A program made the position numbers and the translations under genes. A DNA stretch of 64,000 nucleotides from an uncultured Oscillospiraceae bacterium (lineage in GTDB: Bacteria > Bacillota > Clostridia > Oscillospirales > Oscillospiraceae): the NCBI GenBank assembly GCA_947624385.1, contig CANQJZ010000008.1, positions 2,226 to 66,225 of the forward strand, written 5' to 3'. The notes below the pieces were generated by a model. That model saw nothing but the letters and a program-made list of their open reading frames with translations, was not told where the DNA came from and did no database searches. Below are positions 43,503 through 52,732 of the stretch, in pieces. How positions within the stretch are numbered: position 1 is the first letter of the stretch; each line of letters begins with the position of its first letter.

Positions 43503-44003
43503 TCATTCGTCCCACTGGGGCGTGTCCTCGGCCAGCAGCGCGTCCGCCGGGGTCAGCCCCTGGAAAACCGTCTCGCCCCCGGCGGCGATATCCACCGCCC
43601 GCACGCCGTCCAGTCCACACAGGGTCATCGCCGCGCACAACGCCGCGGCGGTCCGGTCCATGGGCGCGGCGTCCAGAAAGCTCTCCGACAGCGTGAGGGT
43701 GGCCAGGCCGTTTTTCAGCGTGCAGTCCTCCACCCGCACGCCCGCCGGCAGCGCCCGGACGAGCCCCTCCGTCTCGCTCGGGGAGGCGAACAGCTCCGCC
43801 GCCGCTTTCACGGGCGAGGCGGCGTCGGCCGGGTACAGAAACAGCTCCTGACCCGTCAGGGCGGCGGCCGTCCTGTCCTCCGCCAGCCGATAGACGCTCA
43901 GCACCCGCTCCGGCTCCGCCTCCGCCTGGCCGGAAAGCCCGGACGCGCAGCCGCTCAGGACCATTGCCAGCGCGCAAAATACCGCCGGCAGCCGCCTTTT
44001 CAT
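43503..44003 (-). CDS. GerMN-domain lipoprotein
   Basis: Lipobox LSGC in MKRRLPAVFCALAMVLSGC, with AAGGAGG upstream and an ATGA overlap with the kinase stop. GerMN-like pattern (VYR......L..A.ELF.....GL.RALP.G.....C.L..G.ATL.LSE.F). Confidence 0.7.
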   Translation of the reverse strand: MKRRLPAVFCALAMVLSGCASGLSGQAEAEPERVLSVYRLAEDRTAAALTGQELFLYPADAASPVKAAAELFASPSETEGLVRALPAGVRVEDCTLKNGLATLTLSESFLDAAPMDRTAAALCAAMTLCGLDGVRAVDIAAGGETVFQGLTPADALLAEDTPQWDE

Positions 44004-45463
44004 GTCCGCCCCTCCTTTTCCGTCTGGCACAGGGGGAACGCCACCGAAAACACCGTGCCCCGCTCCGCCCGGGGGGCCACCCATATCTCGCCGCCGTTGG
44101 CCGCCACCGCGTCCCGCACGATGGCCAGACCCAATCCGCTGCCCCCGGAGGCCCTTGACCGCGCCTTGTCCACCCGGTAAAACCGGTCGAACACGTGCTC
44201 CCGGTCCGCCTCGGGGATGCCGATGCCCGTGTCCGCCACGGTCAGCAGCGCCTTGCTGCCCGCGGCCTTCAGGGAGATCGTCACGCTCCCGCCGGGGATA
44301 TTGTATTTCACGGCGTTCTCCGCCAGGTTGAAGATGATCTGATAGAGGTCGTCCGCCGACGCGGACACCACGCACCCCTCGCCGAAGGCTGTCACGATGG
44401 TCACGTTCTGGGCCGCCGCCAGCGGCTGGAGCAGGTGCAGCGTCCGCTCCGCCACGTCCTTCATGTCCACGCTCTCCCGCTGCCTGTTGCTGACACCGGC
44501 GTCCAGACGGGTCAGGGTCATGAGCTTTTCCGTGATGCGCTGCAGCCGCTCCGCCTCCGAGCCGATGTCCTGGGCAAACTCCCGCATGGTGTCCGCGTCC
44601 ATGTCCCCGGACTGGGTGATGCTGTCGGATAAAAGCCGTATGGCGGCCAGAGGCGTGCGCAGCTCGTGGCTGGCGTCGGAGACGAACCGCCGTCTTGCTT
44701 CCTCCGTGTCCTCCAACCGCCCGGTGAGCACGTTGAACTCGTCGGACAGCTCCGCCAGCTCGTCCCGGCCCTCCACGGGGATACGGTAGGAGTAATCCCC
44801 GCCCCGGACCACCTCTACGGCGGCGGTGAGGCGCTTTATCCGCCGGGTCATGGTGGCGGACAGCACCGCGATGATGAGAAAGCAGGCCACGGCGAACAGC
44901 AGCGACATGTTGAAAAGATTGTCCCGCAGTCCGGCGATGATGTCGCCCTGCTCGGTGTCGTAGTCGTAAAGATACACCGCGCCCGTCACGGTCCCGCCGG
45001 CCATTACCGGCGTGGCGGAACGGCTGGCGAAGGCCCCGTCGGCGTAAGAGTAGGCGCAGGTGAACCAGGCGTTCCCCTCCAGCGCCGACGCCACGCCGGA
45101 CAGCAGCGCGTACCGGCCCAGGTTGCTGCCGCTCCTGTCCGTGTCGTACAAAATGCGTCCGGCGCCGTCGGTCACCAGCATGCGGGTCACCGGCGTCACG
45201 TCCAGCAGCTCCATGACCCGGCTGACGGAATCGGCCGTCAGCTCCTCCAAAGCCGACAGGGAGCTGGAAACGACGGAGCCCTGGCTTTGCAGGGCCGTCT
45301 TTTTCGTGGCGTACACCATGTCCCGGCTGGTCATGATGGGGTAGGTGTTCACGCCCAGCAGCAGCGCCGCCGTGAACAGGGTGAACACCGCGGCGATCTT
45401 GAACCGGAGGGACAGGCCCCGCCGGCGCTTTTTTTCATCCCTCGCTGAAATAGTACCCCACAC
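44000..45463 (-). CDS. sensor histidine kinase (two TM helices, periplasmic domain, HAMP, HisKA, HATPase_c)
   Basis: H-box FVSDASHELRTPL, N-box NAVKY, G-boxes DTGIGI and GGSGLGLAI. The start is uncertain and overlaps the regulator gene by 29 nt. Confidence 0.85.
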   Translation of the reverse strand: MWGTISARDEKKRRRGLSLRFKIAAVFTLFTAALLLGVNTYPIMTSRDMVYATKKTALQSQGSVVSSSLSALEELTADSVSRVMELLDVTPVTRMLVTDGAGRILYDTDRSGSNLGRYALLSGVASALEGNAWFTCAYSYADGAFASRSATPVMAGGTVTGAVYLYDYDTEQGDIIAGLRDNLFNMSLLFAVACFLIIAVLSATMTRRIKRLTAAVEVVRGGDYSYRIPVEGRDELAELSDEFNVLTGRLEDTEEARRRFVSDASHELRTPLAAIRLLSDSITQSGDMDADTMREFAQDIGSEAERLQRITEKLMTLTRLDAGVSNRQRESVDMKDVAERTLHLLQPLAAAQNVTIVTAFGEGCVVSASADDLYQIIFNLAENAVKYNIPGGSVTISLKAAGSKALLTVADTGIGIPEADREHVFDRFYRVDKARSRASGGSGLGLAIVRDAVAANGGEIWVAPRAERGTVFSVAFPLCQTEKEGRT

Positions 45464-46118
45464 CCCACTTTGTGATGATGCACGCCGGCTCGGCGGGGTC
45501 CCGCTCCAGCTTTTCCCGGAGCCGGCGGATGTGAACGTCCACCGTTCTTATATCCCCCTGGTAATCGCTGCCCCACACCAGGTCCAGCAGATTCTCCCGG
45601 GAATAGACCTTGCCCGGCGTGCGCATGAGAAGCTCCACCAGGTCGAACTCCTTGGCCGTCAGCTCCACGGGCCGGCCGTCCGTCTCGGCGGTGCGCCGCT
45701 CGGTGTCGATGGTGATGGGACCGCGGGTGATACGGCCCGCCGGGTCCGGCCCGGCCTGGAGCGTGGCCCGGCGCAGCAGCGCCCGGATACGGGCCTTCAG
45801 CTCCAGGATGTTGAAGGGCTTGGTGATGTAATCGTCCGCGCCGTACTCAAAGCCGATGAGCTTGTCCGTATCCTCGCCCCTGGCGGTGAGCATGATGACC
45901 GGCACGGTGGAAAACTCCCGAATCTTCATGCAGGCGGCCAGCCCGTCCAGCTTTGGCATCATCAGGTCCAGCAGGATAAGGTCGTACTGCTCCGCACGGG
46001 CCATGTCCACGGCCGTCTCGCCGTCGTAGCACACGCGCACCTCGTAGCCCTCGTTTTCCAGGTTGAATTTCAGCCCCTTGACCAGCAGCTTTTCGTCGTC
46101 CACCACCAGAATTTTCAT
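45435..46118 (-). CDS. OmpR/PhoB-family response regulator
   Basis: MKILVVDDE...LLDLMMPKLDG...LTA receiver domain. Winged-helix C-terminus (LT.KEFDLL..L......V.SRE.LL..VWG). Confidence 0.9.
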   Translation of the reverse strand: MKILVVDDEKLLVKGLKFNLENEGYEVRVCYDGETAVDMARAEQYDLILLDLMMPKLDGLAACMKIREFSTVPVIMLTARGEDTDKLIGFEYGADDYITKPFNILELKARIRALLRRATLQAGPDPAGRITRGPITIDTERRTAETDGRPVELTAKEFDLVELLMRTPGKVYSRENLLDLVWGSDYQGDIRTVDVHIRRLREKLERDPAEPACIITKWGVGYYFSEG

Positions 46119-46507
46119 GGGTCCGCCTCCCCCGTTTCTCCGCCGATATACGGCGCGATGTCTGCATAGGTCGCCGGCCCGATACCGGGCACGTCCGTCA
46201 CGTCCTCCGGGCTCTTGAACGGCCCGTTTTCCTCCCGGTAGGCCACGATCCGCTCCGCCAGCGTGGGGCCGATACCCGGCAGGTCGTCCAGCTCTTCCAC
46301 GCTGGCCGTGTTGATGTCCACCGCCGCGGCACGGGTCATGGGCGCTCCCGGCTCCAGCGCCGCGAACGCGGGTTCGCCCGCCCCGGTATCCCCGGCGTAA
46401 GCGAACACCGTCGCCGCCAGAAGCGCCGCCACGGCCGCCCACAGCAGCGCCGTCACGACCTTTTCCCGTTTTTCGCCGCCGCGCTGATTTAAGAAAGTTT
46501 TCATCAA
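46115..46507 (-). CDS. comEA: ComEA-family helix-hairpin-helix DNA-binding protein with an N-terminal membrane anchor
   Basis: DINTASVEELDDLPGIGPTLAERIVAYREENGPFKSPEDVTDVPGIGPATYADI. ATGA overlap with the response-regulator start. Confidence 0.8.
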   Translation of the reverse strand: MMKTFLNQRGGEKREKVVTALLWAAVAALLAATVFAYAGDTGAGEPAFAALEPGAPMTRAAAVDINTASVEELDDLPGIGPTLAERIVAYREENGPFKSPEDVTDVPGIGPATYADIAPYIGGETGEADP

Positions 46508-46607
46508 ACAGATGTTGCTTTTCCCCGGATTATTTCTTATAATAAACCTAACTATGTCCTAAATAATGTTACCGGCTCTATCATACCATACTTTTCCGGA
46601 GAATGAC

Positions 46608-48071
46608 ATGAAAAATTTCAAGCTGCTTTCCCTGCTTCTGACCATATCGCTGCTGGTATGCCTTCTGCCCGCCCAGGCTTTGGCCGTGGACGACCCGGTG
46701 GTCACGGCCTCGTCCGCCATCGTCATGGACATGGACACCGGCGACGTGCTCTATGAAAAGGACAGCGACCGGCCCGTCTCGGCCGGCACGATGGTCACGC
46801 TCATGACCGCCCTTCTGGTGGGCGACGCCATCGACCAGGGCTCCGTCACCCTGGAGGACACGGTCACCGCCTCGGACAGCTTTCAGTACAACTTGACGGA
46901 GGGCGCCAGCACCGCCGGCATCCAGCCCGGCGAGCGCATGACGGTGGGTGACCTTCTCTACTGCGCCGCGCTGGCCTCCGCCGCGGACGCCTGCAACGTG
47001 CTGGCGGAGTACGTGGGCGGGTCCACCGGCGCGTTCGTGGACACCATGAACGCCAGGGCCCAGGAGCTGGGCTGCACGGCCACCAGCTTCCAGAACGCCG
47101 ACGGCATCGAGCCCGCCGGCCGGACCACCGCCCGGGATCTGGCCAAGATCGCCCGGGCCCTGACCGGCAGCACCGCCGCCCGGACCCCTTTCAGCGCCGT
47201 GTCCTACAGCGTCCCCGCCACGGACATGACCGAGACCCGGACCCTGACCAACTCCAACGCCCTGCTGGACGAGGCCAGCCCCCTTTACTACTCCTACGCC
47301 TACGGCTTTAGAAACGCCGCCCTCACCGACGGGGGCTACGCCATGGTGGCCGCCGCGACGTACGACGAGATCGACGTGGCCGCCGTGGTGATCGGCTGTC
47401 CGGACAGCGACACCCGCTTCAACGACGCCCGGGCTCTTTTCGACTGGGTGTTCGACAATTTCAGCTACCGGACCATCCTGAGCAGCACGGAAAACCTGAC
47501 CACCCTGCCCGTGGCCATGGGCGACCCCGGCACCGTGGGCGTGCGGTGCGAGGACGCGGTCAGCATCATCCTGCCCAAGGAGCAGGACCTGGGCCAGGTG
47601 GAATACCGGCCCGTGTACCAGTACGAGCGGGAGCAGACCACCCTGCAGGCGCCCCTGGAGGCGGGCCAGTACCTGGGGGAGGTGACGGCCTATCTGGACG
47701 GGGTGGAGCGGGGCTCTGCCCGGCTGGTGGCCGCCTCCGCGGTGGACATCTCCCGCCTGGAATACCTGCGGGGCCAGTGGGAGGCCATGACCCAGAACGA
47801 GTCCGTGCGCCAGCTCATCACCATCCTGATCGTCATTCTGGGCGTCTATCTGCTGCTGGTCATCTTCTACCGCATCCAGCGGGTCCGCCACGTGCGCAGC
47901 CTCCGCCGCGCCCGGAAGGACCGGGCCATCGCCCGCTCCCAGCAGGAGATACAGTGGCTGGACATCCCGGAGGATGAGGACGAGGACGCCGACATGGGGT
48001 ACTTCCAAAACGGCCAGGAGGGGTACGACGATTACCCGCCCGAGGACGATTACGACGACTACGACCAATGA
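46608..48071 (+). CDS. D-alanyl-D-alanine carboxypeptidase (S11, PBP5-like) with a C-terminal TM helix and an acidic cytoplasmic tail
   Basis: Signal peptide MKNFKLLSLLLTISLLVCLLPAQALA. S11 peptidase fold judged by overall similarity; the canonical SxxK motif appears altered (SAGT). TM helix LITILIVILGVYLLLVIFY, then a D/E/Y-rich tail. Confidence 0.85.
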   Translation: MKNFKLLSLLLTISLLVCLLPAQALAVDDPVVTASSAIVMDMDTGDVLYEKDSDRPVSAGTMVTLMTALLVGDAIDQGSVTLEDTVTASDSFQYNLTEGASTAGIQPGERMTVGDLLYCAALASAADACNVLAEYVGGSTGAFVDTMNARAQELGCTATSFQNADGIEPAGRTTARDLAKIARALTGSTAARTPFSAVSYSVPATDMTETRTLTNSNALLDEASPLYYSYAYGFRNAALTDGGYAMVAAATYDEIDVAAVVIGCPDSDTRFNDARALFDWVFDNFSYRTILSSTENLTTLPVAMGDPGTVGVRCEDAVSIILPKEQDLGQVEYRPVYQYEREQTTLQAPLEAGQYLGEVTAYLDGVERGSARLVAASAVDISRLEYLRGQWEAMTQNESVRQLITILIVILGVYLLLVIFYRIQRVRHVRSLRRARKDRAIARSQQEIQWLDIPEDEDEDADMGYFQNGQEGYDDYPPEDDYDDYDQ

Positions 48072-48080
48072 TGCTACCGC

Positions 48081-48112
48081 GTGAAAACGACCTGCCACCC
48101 GGCAGGTCGTTT
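48081..48112. terminator. terminator hairpin, copy 1 of a flanking direct repeat
   Basis: gaaaacgacctgcc accc ggcaggtcgttt. On the minus strand it is followed by TTTTC and serves the 48152-48679 gene. Confidence 0.65.
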
Positions 48113-48151
48113 CAGCCTTTCGCTCTGCTCTATTCCCCAACAGGCCTGTTT

Positions 48152-48679
48152 TCATCGCATAAACCCATGTAATGCCTTTTTAACTGGCTCAATATCTATT
48201 ACGCTATCCTTCATTGTCTGCTGATACAAGCGGCGTTCGATCCCCAGAACATGATGTGAATAAGGAGTACCCTCAAACCATTTTTCAAAACACCTTATGA
48301 AATCTGGGGATTCCTTCCTGCTTCCATAGACGCCGATGATAAAAAGTCTTTCCGCAAAGGAACTATATTCATTTTCATGGCGCATGAAAAAGTCCTGGCT
48401 TCTTTCGTTAAAGCCAAAATACAGGGAGGAAGGATTTCCGCAGTACATCGGTACAAGCAGAATTACTTTTTCATAGCTCTCAAAACTGCTATATAGGCGA
48501 TAAACATCCTCGCCTCGATATCTGCATTGCGTTTTGAAACACTCATAACTGCAATTACTGCACCCATGTGTGTTCAGATCCATATAATAAATCACCTGGT
48601 CATGCGGTGTCTTTATAAAATCAATGATCTGCGCGCAATTACCGGTTTTTCTTGCTGAGAAAGAAACGAATAATCTCAT
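48152..48679 (-). CDS. flavodoxin-fold protein with a CxxCxxxCxxxxC cluster (iron-sulfur flavoprotein-like); low GC
   Basis: MRLFVSFSARKTGNCAQII N-terminus (compare SGSPRKNGNT in NADPH-dependent FMN reductases/Isf). HGCSNCSYECFKTQC cysteine cluster. Composition is clearly AT-richer than the flanks. Confidence 0.6.
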   Translation of the reverse strand: MRLFVSFSARKTGNCAQIIDFIKTPHDQVIYYMDLNTHGCSNCSYECFKTQCRYRGEDVYRLYSSFESYEKVILLVPMYCGNPSSLYFGFNERSQDFFMRHENEYSSFAERLFIIGVYGSRKESPDFIRCFEKWFEGTPYSHHVLGIERRLYQQTMKDSVIDIEPVKKALHGFMR

Positions 48680-48805
48680 TATATACCTCGTTAAGCATCA
48701 ATTGTCGAACAGTCGTCCACTCGGCATTTTGCATTATACCACCAAGATGTGAAGTAATCTACTGTCTGTTCGCATGCGCTGTGCGGGGTGTCAGTCTGTA
48801 GATGT

Positions 48806-48840
48806 CTGAAAACGACCTGCCACGGCAGGTCGTTTTGCTG
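48806..48840. terminator. terminator hairpin, copy 2 of the flanking direct repeat
   Basis: ctgaaaacgacctgcc ac ggcaggtcgtttt, followed on the plus strand by a T-run. Confidence 0.6.
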
Positions 48841-49018
48841 TCAAAAAAGTCTTTTTGACAGCAGATCCCATTCGAGGCGGGGCTCCCGCCCCCTCGAGCT
48901 CCCCCTTGCGCGGCCAACGCCGCCGCCTTCTCTGACGAGTCGCCTTTTCCTTGTGCTTTACCGATTTTATGTTATAATATACTTTCAATAACCCGCAAGA
49001 ACCCCCAAGGAGGCCCTC

Positions 49019-50998
49019 ATGGACAGCAAGCCCTTCAAAGTCGTATCCCCCTACGAGCCCGCCGGGGACCAGCCCGAGGCCATCGCCGCCCTGGCGGACG
49101 GCATCGAAAACGGCCTGGACGAGCAGGTTTTATTGGGCGTCACCGGCTCCGGCAAGACGTACACCATGGCGAAGGTCATCGAGCGGGTCCAGCGGCCCAC
49201 CCTGGTGCTGGCCCACAACAAGACGCTGGCCGCCCAGCTCTGCGCGGAGTTTCGGGAGTTCTTTCCGGACAACGCCGTGGAGTATTTCGTCAGCTACTAC
49301 GACTATTACCAGCCGGAGGCCTATATCCCCCACACGGACACGTTCATCGAAAAGGACGCCTCCATCAACGACGAGATCGACCGTCTGCGCCTCAGTGCCA
49401 CCGCGTCGCTGTTGGAGCGGCGGGACGTGATCGTGGTCAGCTCCGTCAGCTGCATCTACGGTCTGGGCGAGCCGGACGATTTCGCCGCCATGATGGTGTC
49501 GCTGCGGGTGGGGATGGAGATACCCATCCCGGAGCTGTCCCGCAAGCTGGTGAACATCCGCTACGAGCGCAACGACGTGGCCTTTGAGCGCAACCGCTTC
49601 CGTATCCGGGGGGACACGGTGGACATCTGGCCCGCCTATTGGAAGGACACGGCATTGCGCCTGGAATTTTTCGGCGATGAGATCGACCGCATATCCGAGA
49701 TCAACGCCGTGTCCGGCGCGGTGGTCCGGCGGCTCACCAACATCCCCATATGGCCCGCCAACCACTATGTGACCACGAAAGAGAAGATGGAGGCCGCCAT
49801 CGTCCAGATACGAAAAGAACTGGCCGAGCGCCTGGCCTGGTTCGAGCAAAACGGCAAGCTTTTGGAGGCCCAGCGGCTGAAGCAGCGCACGGAGTACGAC
49901 ATCGAGATGATGCAGGAGCTGGGCTACTGCTCCGGCATCGAGAACTATTCCCGTATCATCTCCGGCCGGGAGCCGGGCAGCGCCCCCATGACCCTGCTGG
50001 ACTACTTTCCCAAAGACTTCATTTTATTCGTGGACGAGAGCCACGTGACCCTCCCCCAGGTCCGGGCCATGTACCGGGGCGACCGGAGCCGCAAAGAGAC
50101 GCTGGTGGAGTACGGCTTTCGCCTGCCCTGCGCCTTTGACAACCGGCCCCTGATGTTCGACGAGTTCAATTCCCGTATCCACCAGGCCATCTATGTGTCC
50201 GCCACGCCGGGGGAGTACGAGCGCAGCCGCGCCGGTCAGATCGCCGAGCAGCTCATCCGCCCCACGGGACTTCTGGACCCGGAGATCCAGGTCCGGCCCG
50301 TGGAGGGGCAGATCGACGACCTGATCGGGGAGATCAACGCCCGGGTGGCGAAAAACCAGCGGACGCTGGTCACCACCCTGACGGTGAAGATGGCGGAGGA
50401 CCTGACGGCCTACCTCACCGACGCGGGCATCCGCTGCCGGTACCTGCACCACAACATCAGCGCCATCGAGCGTATCGAGATCATCCGGGACATGCGTCTG
50501 GGCCGGTTCGACGTGCTGGTGGGCATCAACCTGCTCCGGGAGGGTCTGGACCTGCCGGAGGTGTCGTTAGTCGCCATCCTGGACGCGGACAAGGAGGGGT
50601 TTCTCCGCTCCGAGACCAGCCTCATCCAGACCACGGGCCGCGCCGCCCGCAACGCGGAGGGCACCGTCATCATGTACGCGGATACCATCACGCCCTCCAT
50701 GGACGCCGCCATTCGGGAGACGGAGCGCCGCCGGGCCAAGCAGCAGGCCTATAACCAGGCCCACGGCATCGTGCCCCGGACCATCATCAAGGACGTGAAG
50801 GACCTGATGGACATGACCGGCGCCGACGACAGGCAGCCGGACGTGCTGAACGACAAGGGCGTGAAGATGACCGCCCGGGAGCGCCAGGCGGCCATCGAGA
50901 AGCTGGAAAAGCAGATGCGCAAGGCCGCGCAGATGCTGGAGTTCGAGTACGCCGCCGTCCTCCGCGACCGCCTCGTCGAACTGAGAGGGGAGAAATGA
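49019..50998 (+). CDS. uvrB: excinuclease ABC subunit B
   Basis: [12 protein letters not shown], beta-hairpin [10 protein letters not shown], helicase motifs and a C-terminal UVR domain ([12 protein letters not shown]). Confidence 0.97.
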   Translation: MDSKPFKVVSPYEPAGDQPEAIAALADGIENGLDEQVLLGVTGSGKTYTMAKVIERVQRPTLVLAHNKTLAAQLCAEFREFFPDNAVEYFVSYYDYYQPEAYIPHTDTFIEKDASINDEIDRLRLSATASLLERRDVIVVSSVSCIYGLGEPDDFAAMMVSLRVGMEIPIPELSRKLVNIRYERNDVAFERNRFRIRGDTVDIWPAYWKDTALRLEFFGDEIDRISEINAVSGAVVRRLTNIPIWPANHYVTTKEKMEAAIVQIRKELAERLAWFEQNGKLLEAQRLKQRTEYDIEMMQELGYCSGIENYSRIISGREPGSAPMTLLDYFPKDFILFVDESHVTLPQVRAMYRGDRSRKETLVEYGFRLPCAFDNRPLMFDEFNSRIHQAIYVSATPGEYERSRAGQIAEQLIRPTGLLDPEIQVRPVEGQIDDLIGEINARVAKNQRTLVTTLTVKMAEDLTAYLTDAGIRCRYLHHNISAIERIEIIRDMRLGRFDVLVGINLLREGLDLPEVSLVAILDADKEGFLRSETSLIQTTGRAARNAEGTVIMYADTITPSMDAAIRETERRRAKQQAYNQAHGIVPRTIIKDVKDLMDMTGADDRQPDVLNDKGVKMTARERQAAIEKLEKQMRKAAQMLEFEYAAVLRDRLVELRGEK

Positions 50999-51015
50999 TT
51001 TAAAACAATTCCTTA

Positions 51016-51140
51016 TCGAAAGCCCCCCTTGTCAAAGGGGGGTGGGCCGCCGAAGGCGGCTCGGGGGGATTGTCGTCGGTCTAACAGCAATCCCCCAGTC
51101 AGCGCCGAAGGCGCTGCCAGCCCCCTTTCACAAGGGGGCC
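51016..51140. repeat. approx. 125-nt composite hairpin repeat, copy 3 of 3 (locus K, inverted relative to D and F)
   Basis: Its reverse complement aligns module by module with 24120-24247. Two stems are replaced by different but still self-complementary sequences. Confidence 0.9.
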
Positions 51141-51953
51141 TTATTTTTTTACACACCCCACCCGCTGGCCGAGGCGGACGGGGGTCTCTGTGCCTTTTGC
51201 CGAGGCGGCGGCAAGCGCCGGGTCCGGGACGGCGGCGTCCCTGGGCGTGACCAGTATGACGGTGGAGCCGCCGAAGGCGAAGTTGCCCTTTTCCTGCCCC
51301 CGGGCCACGGCGCCGACCACGGGCCGGTTTTCGATCTTCCCCACCAGCAGAGCCCCTACCTCCATGACCAGAAGCGGGCCGAAGGCCGTTTCCAGCAGCC
51401 GGTACTCCCGGCAGTTCTCATGGTACACGGGCCGCTGGCCCCGCGCCAGAGGCTGGACCGTGTGCAGCACGCCGGGGATACGCACCGCCTCGCCGGGGGT
51501 GCCGTCCGCCGTCCAGATATAGCGGTGGTAGTCCCTTGGCGTCAGCCGGAAAAGCCACACCAGCCCGCCGGAAAATTTCTCCGCCAGGGCCGGGTCCTGC
51601 AGTGATCCCGCCAGGGTGTACGCCGTGCCCTTCACGGGAAAGCGGCCGTCGGCCGTCACGGGCCAGACCGTGAGGGCCCCGTCGCAGGGGCTCACGAACG
51701 CCGCCGGGTCCATGTCCACAGGCCGGGCGTCAGGGGGCAGGGCGCGGGTGAAGAAGTCGTTGAAGGAGCGGAATCTTTGCCCGGCCCAGGGCGTCATGTC
51801 GATATGGTTGGCCTTCACGAAGGGCCCTACCGCCAGGGCGGACAGGCGGGCGGATAAGACGGCGCCGCCCAATTTGGAAAACCAGGGACGGCACAGGCCC
51901 CGGAGCAGAAAACGCCCCGGGGCCGTTCCGTACAGAAACTCCGCCGCCCTCAT
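51141..51953 (-). CDS. psd: phosphatidylserine decarboxylase proenzyme
   Basis: FAFGGSTVIL self-cleavage (GS[ST]) motif and LTPRDYHR motif. ATGA overlap with the pssA stop. Confidence 0.9.
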   Translation of the reverse strand: MRAAEFLYGTAPGRFLLRGLCRPWFSKLGGAVLSARLSALAVGPFVKANHIDMTPWAGQRFRSFNDFFTRALPPDARPVDMDPAAFVSPCDGALTVWPVTADGRFPVKGTAYTLAGSLQDPALAEKFSGGLVWLFRLTPRDYHRYIWTADGTPGEAVRIPGVLHTVQPLARGQRPVYHENCREYRLLETAFGPLLVMEVGALLVGKIENRPVVGAVARGQEKGNFAFGGSTVILVTPRDAAVPDPALAAASAKGTETPVRLGQRVGCVKK

Positions 51954-52618
51954 GCCGTACCGGGTACCCGGCGCAGCACCCACTTCCAGGGCAGCACGCT
52001 GCCCCAGCGGTGACAGGCCAGTATGTACAGGATGACCAGCGCCACAAGGCCGATGAGGGCCAGAAGCTCCGCGGTGGTGGGCTTGCGGAAGGAGAAGCGG
52101 ATGATGAACAGCACGCCGGAGATGAGCATCACCACCGGCAGCCCGTACAAAAACACCCTGGGGGCCAGGGTCCCGACGGCGTAAAACACCGGCAGTATCA
52201 CGGATATGGAGGTGATGGGCATGCCCTGATAGTACTTCTTCCCATCCTCGCAGGGGTCGGCGTCCACGGTGATGTTGAACCAGGCAAGGCGGATGAGTCC
52301 CGCCAGGCAATAAAGCCCCAGAATGCCCATGCCCAGGGCCGTGTGCATGCCCAGGTGGTAGGCGATGACCACCGGCAGGGCGCCGAAGCAGACCATGTCG
52401 CACAGGGAGTCCAGCTGCACGCCGAAGGCCTTTTCCGCGTCGGTCCTGTCCTTTTTCGTCCGGGCCACCTTGCCGTCAAAGGCGTCCAGCAGGCCCGACA
52501 GGGCCAGACAGGCCAGCGCCCAGCGGATATGGCCGGAGCAGGCGCAGAAGATACCGGCCACGGAGGATAAAAGGCTGGCATATGTCATCCATACGGTATA
52601 ATCATAAAATCCGATCAC
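51950..52618 (-). CDS. pssA: CDP-diacylglycerol--serine O-phosphatidyltransferase
   Basis: DAFDGKVARTKKDRTDAEKAFGVQLDSLCD is the CDP-alcohol phosphatidyltransferase motif D(x2)DG(x2)AR...G(x3)D(x3)D. GTG start (VIGFYDYTV) with GGGGTGAG upstream. Confidence 0.85.
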   Translation of the reverse strand: MIGFYDYTVWMTYASLLSSVAGIFCACSGHIRWALACLALSGLLDAFDGKVARTKKDRTDAEKAFGVQLDSLCDMVCFGALPVVIAYHLGMHTALGMGILGLYCLAGLIRLAWFNITVDADPCEDGKKYYQGMPITSISVILPVFYAVGTLAPRVFLYGLPVVMLISGVLFIIRFSFRKPTTAELLALIGLVALVILYILACHRWGSVLPWKWVLRRVPGTA

Positions 52619-52651
52619 GGCGGACTCACCCCGCTTTCTCTCTGTCTCGTT

Positions 52652-52732
52652 GGGACATTTACAGCCCCGTTTTGTCCCGTTTATGTCCCACTTGTGTCCC
52701 ATTTATGGCCTGTTATGTCCCGTTTGTGTCCC
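52652..52732 (-). promoter_or_regulatory. phased array of five TGTCCC direct repeats plus one inverted GGGACA, 34-114 nt upstream of pssA
   Basis: TGTCCC at 52673, 52684, 52695, 52716 and 52727 (spacing 11, 11, 21, 11). GGGACA at 52652. The unit on the coding strand is GGGACA-N-AAAC. Confidence 0.6.

Noticed and set aside
48841-49018. Looked for a LexA/DinR SOS box (GAAC-N4-GTTC) upstream of uvrB.
   Set aside because: There is no match in the promoter region. The closest string, cgaacagtcgtcc at about 48704-48716, lies inside the low-GC cassette, about 300 nt away and beyond a terminator.
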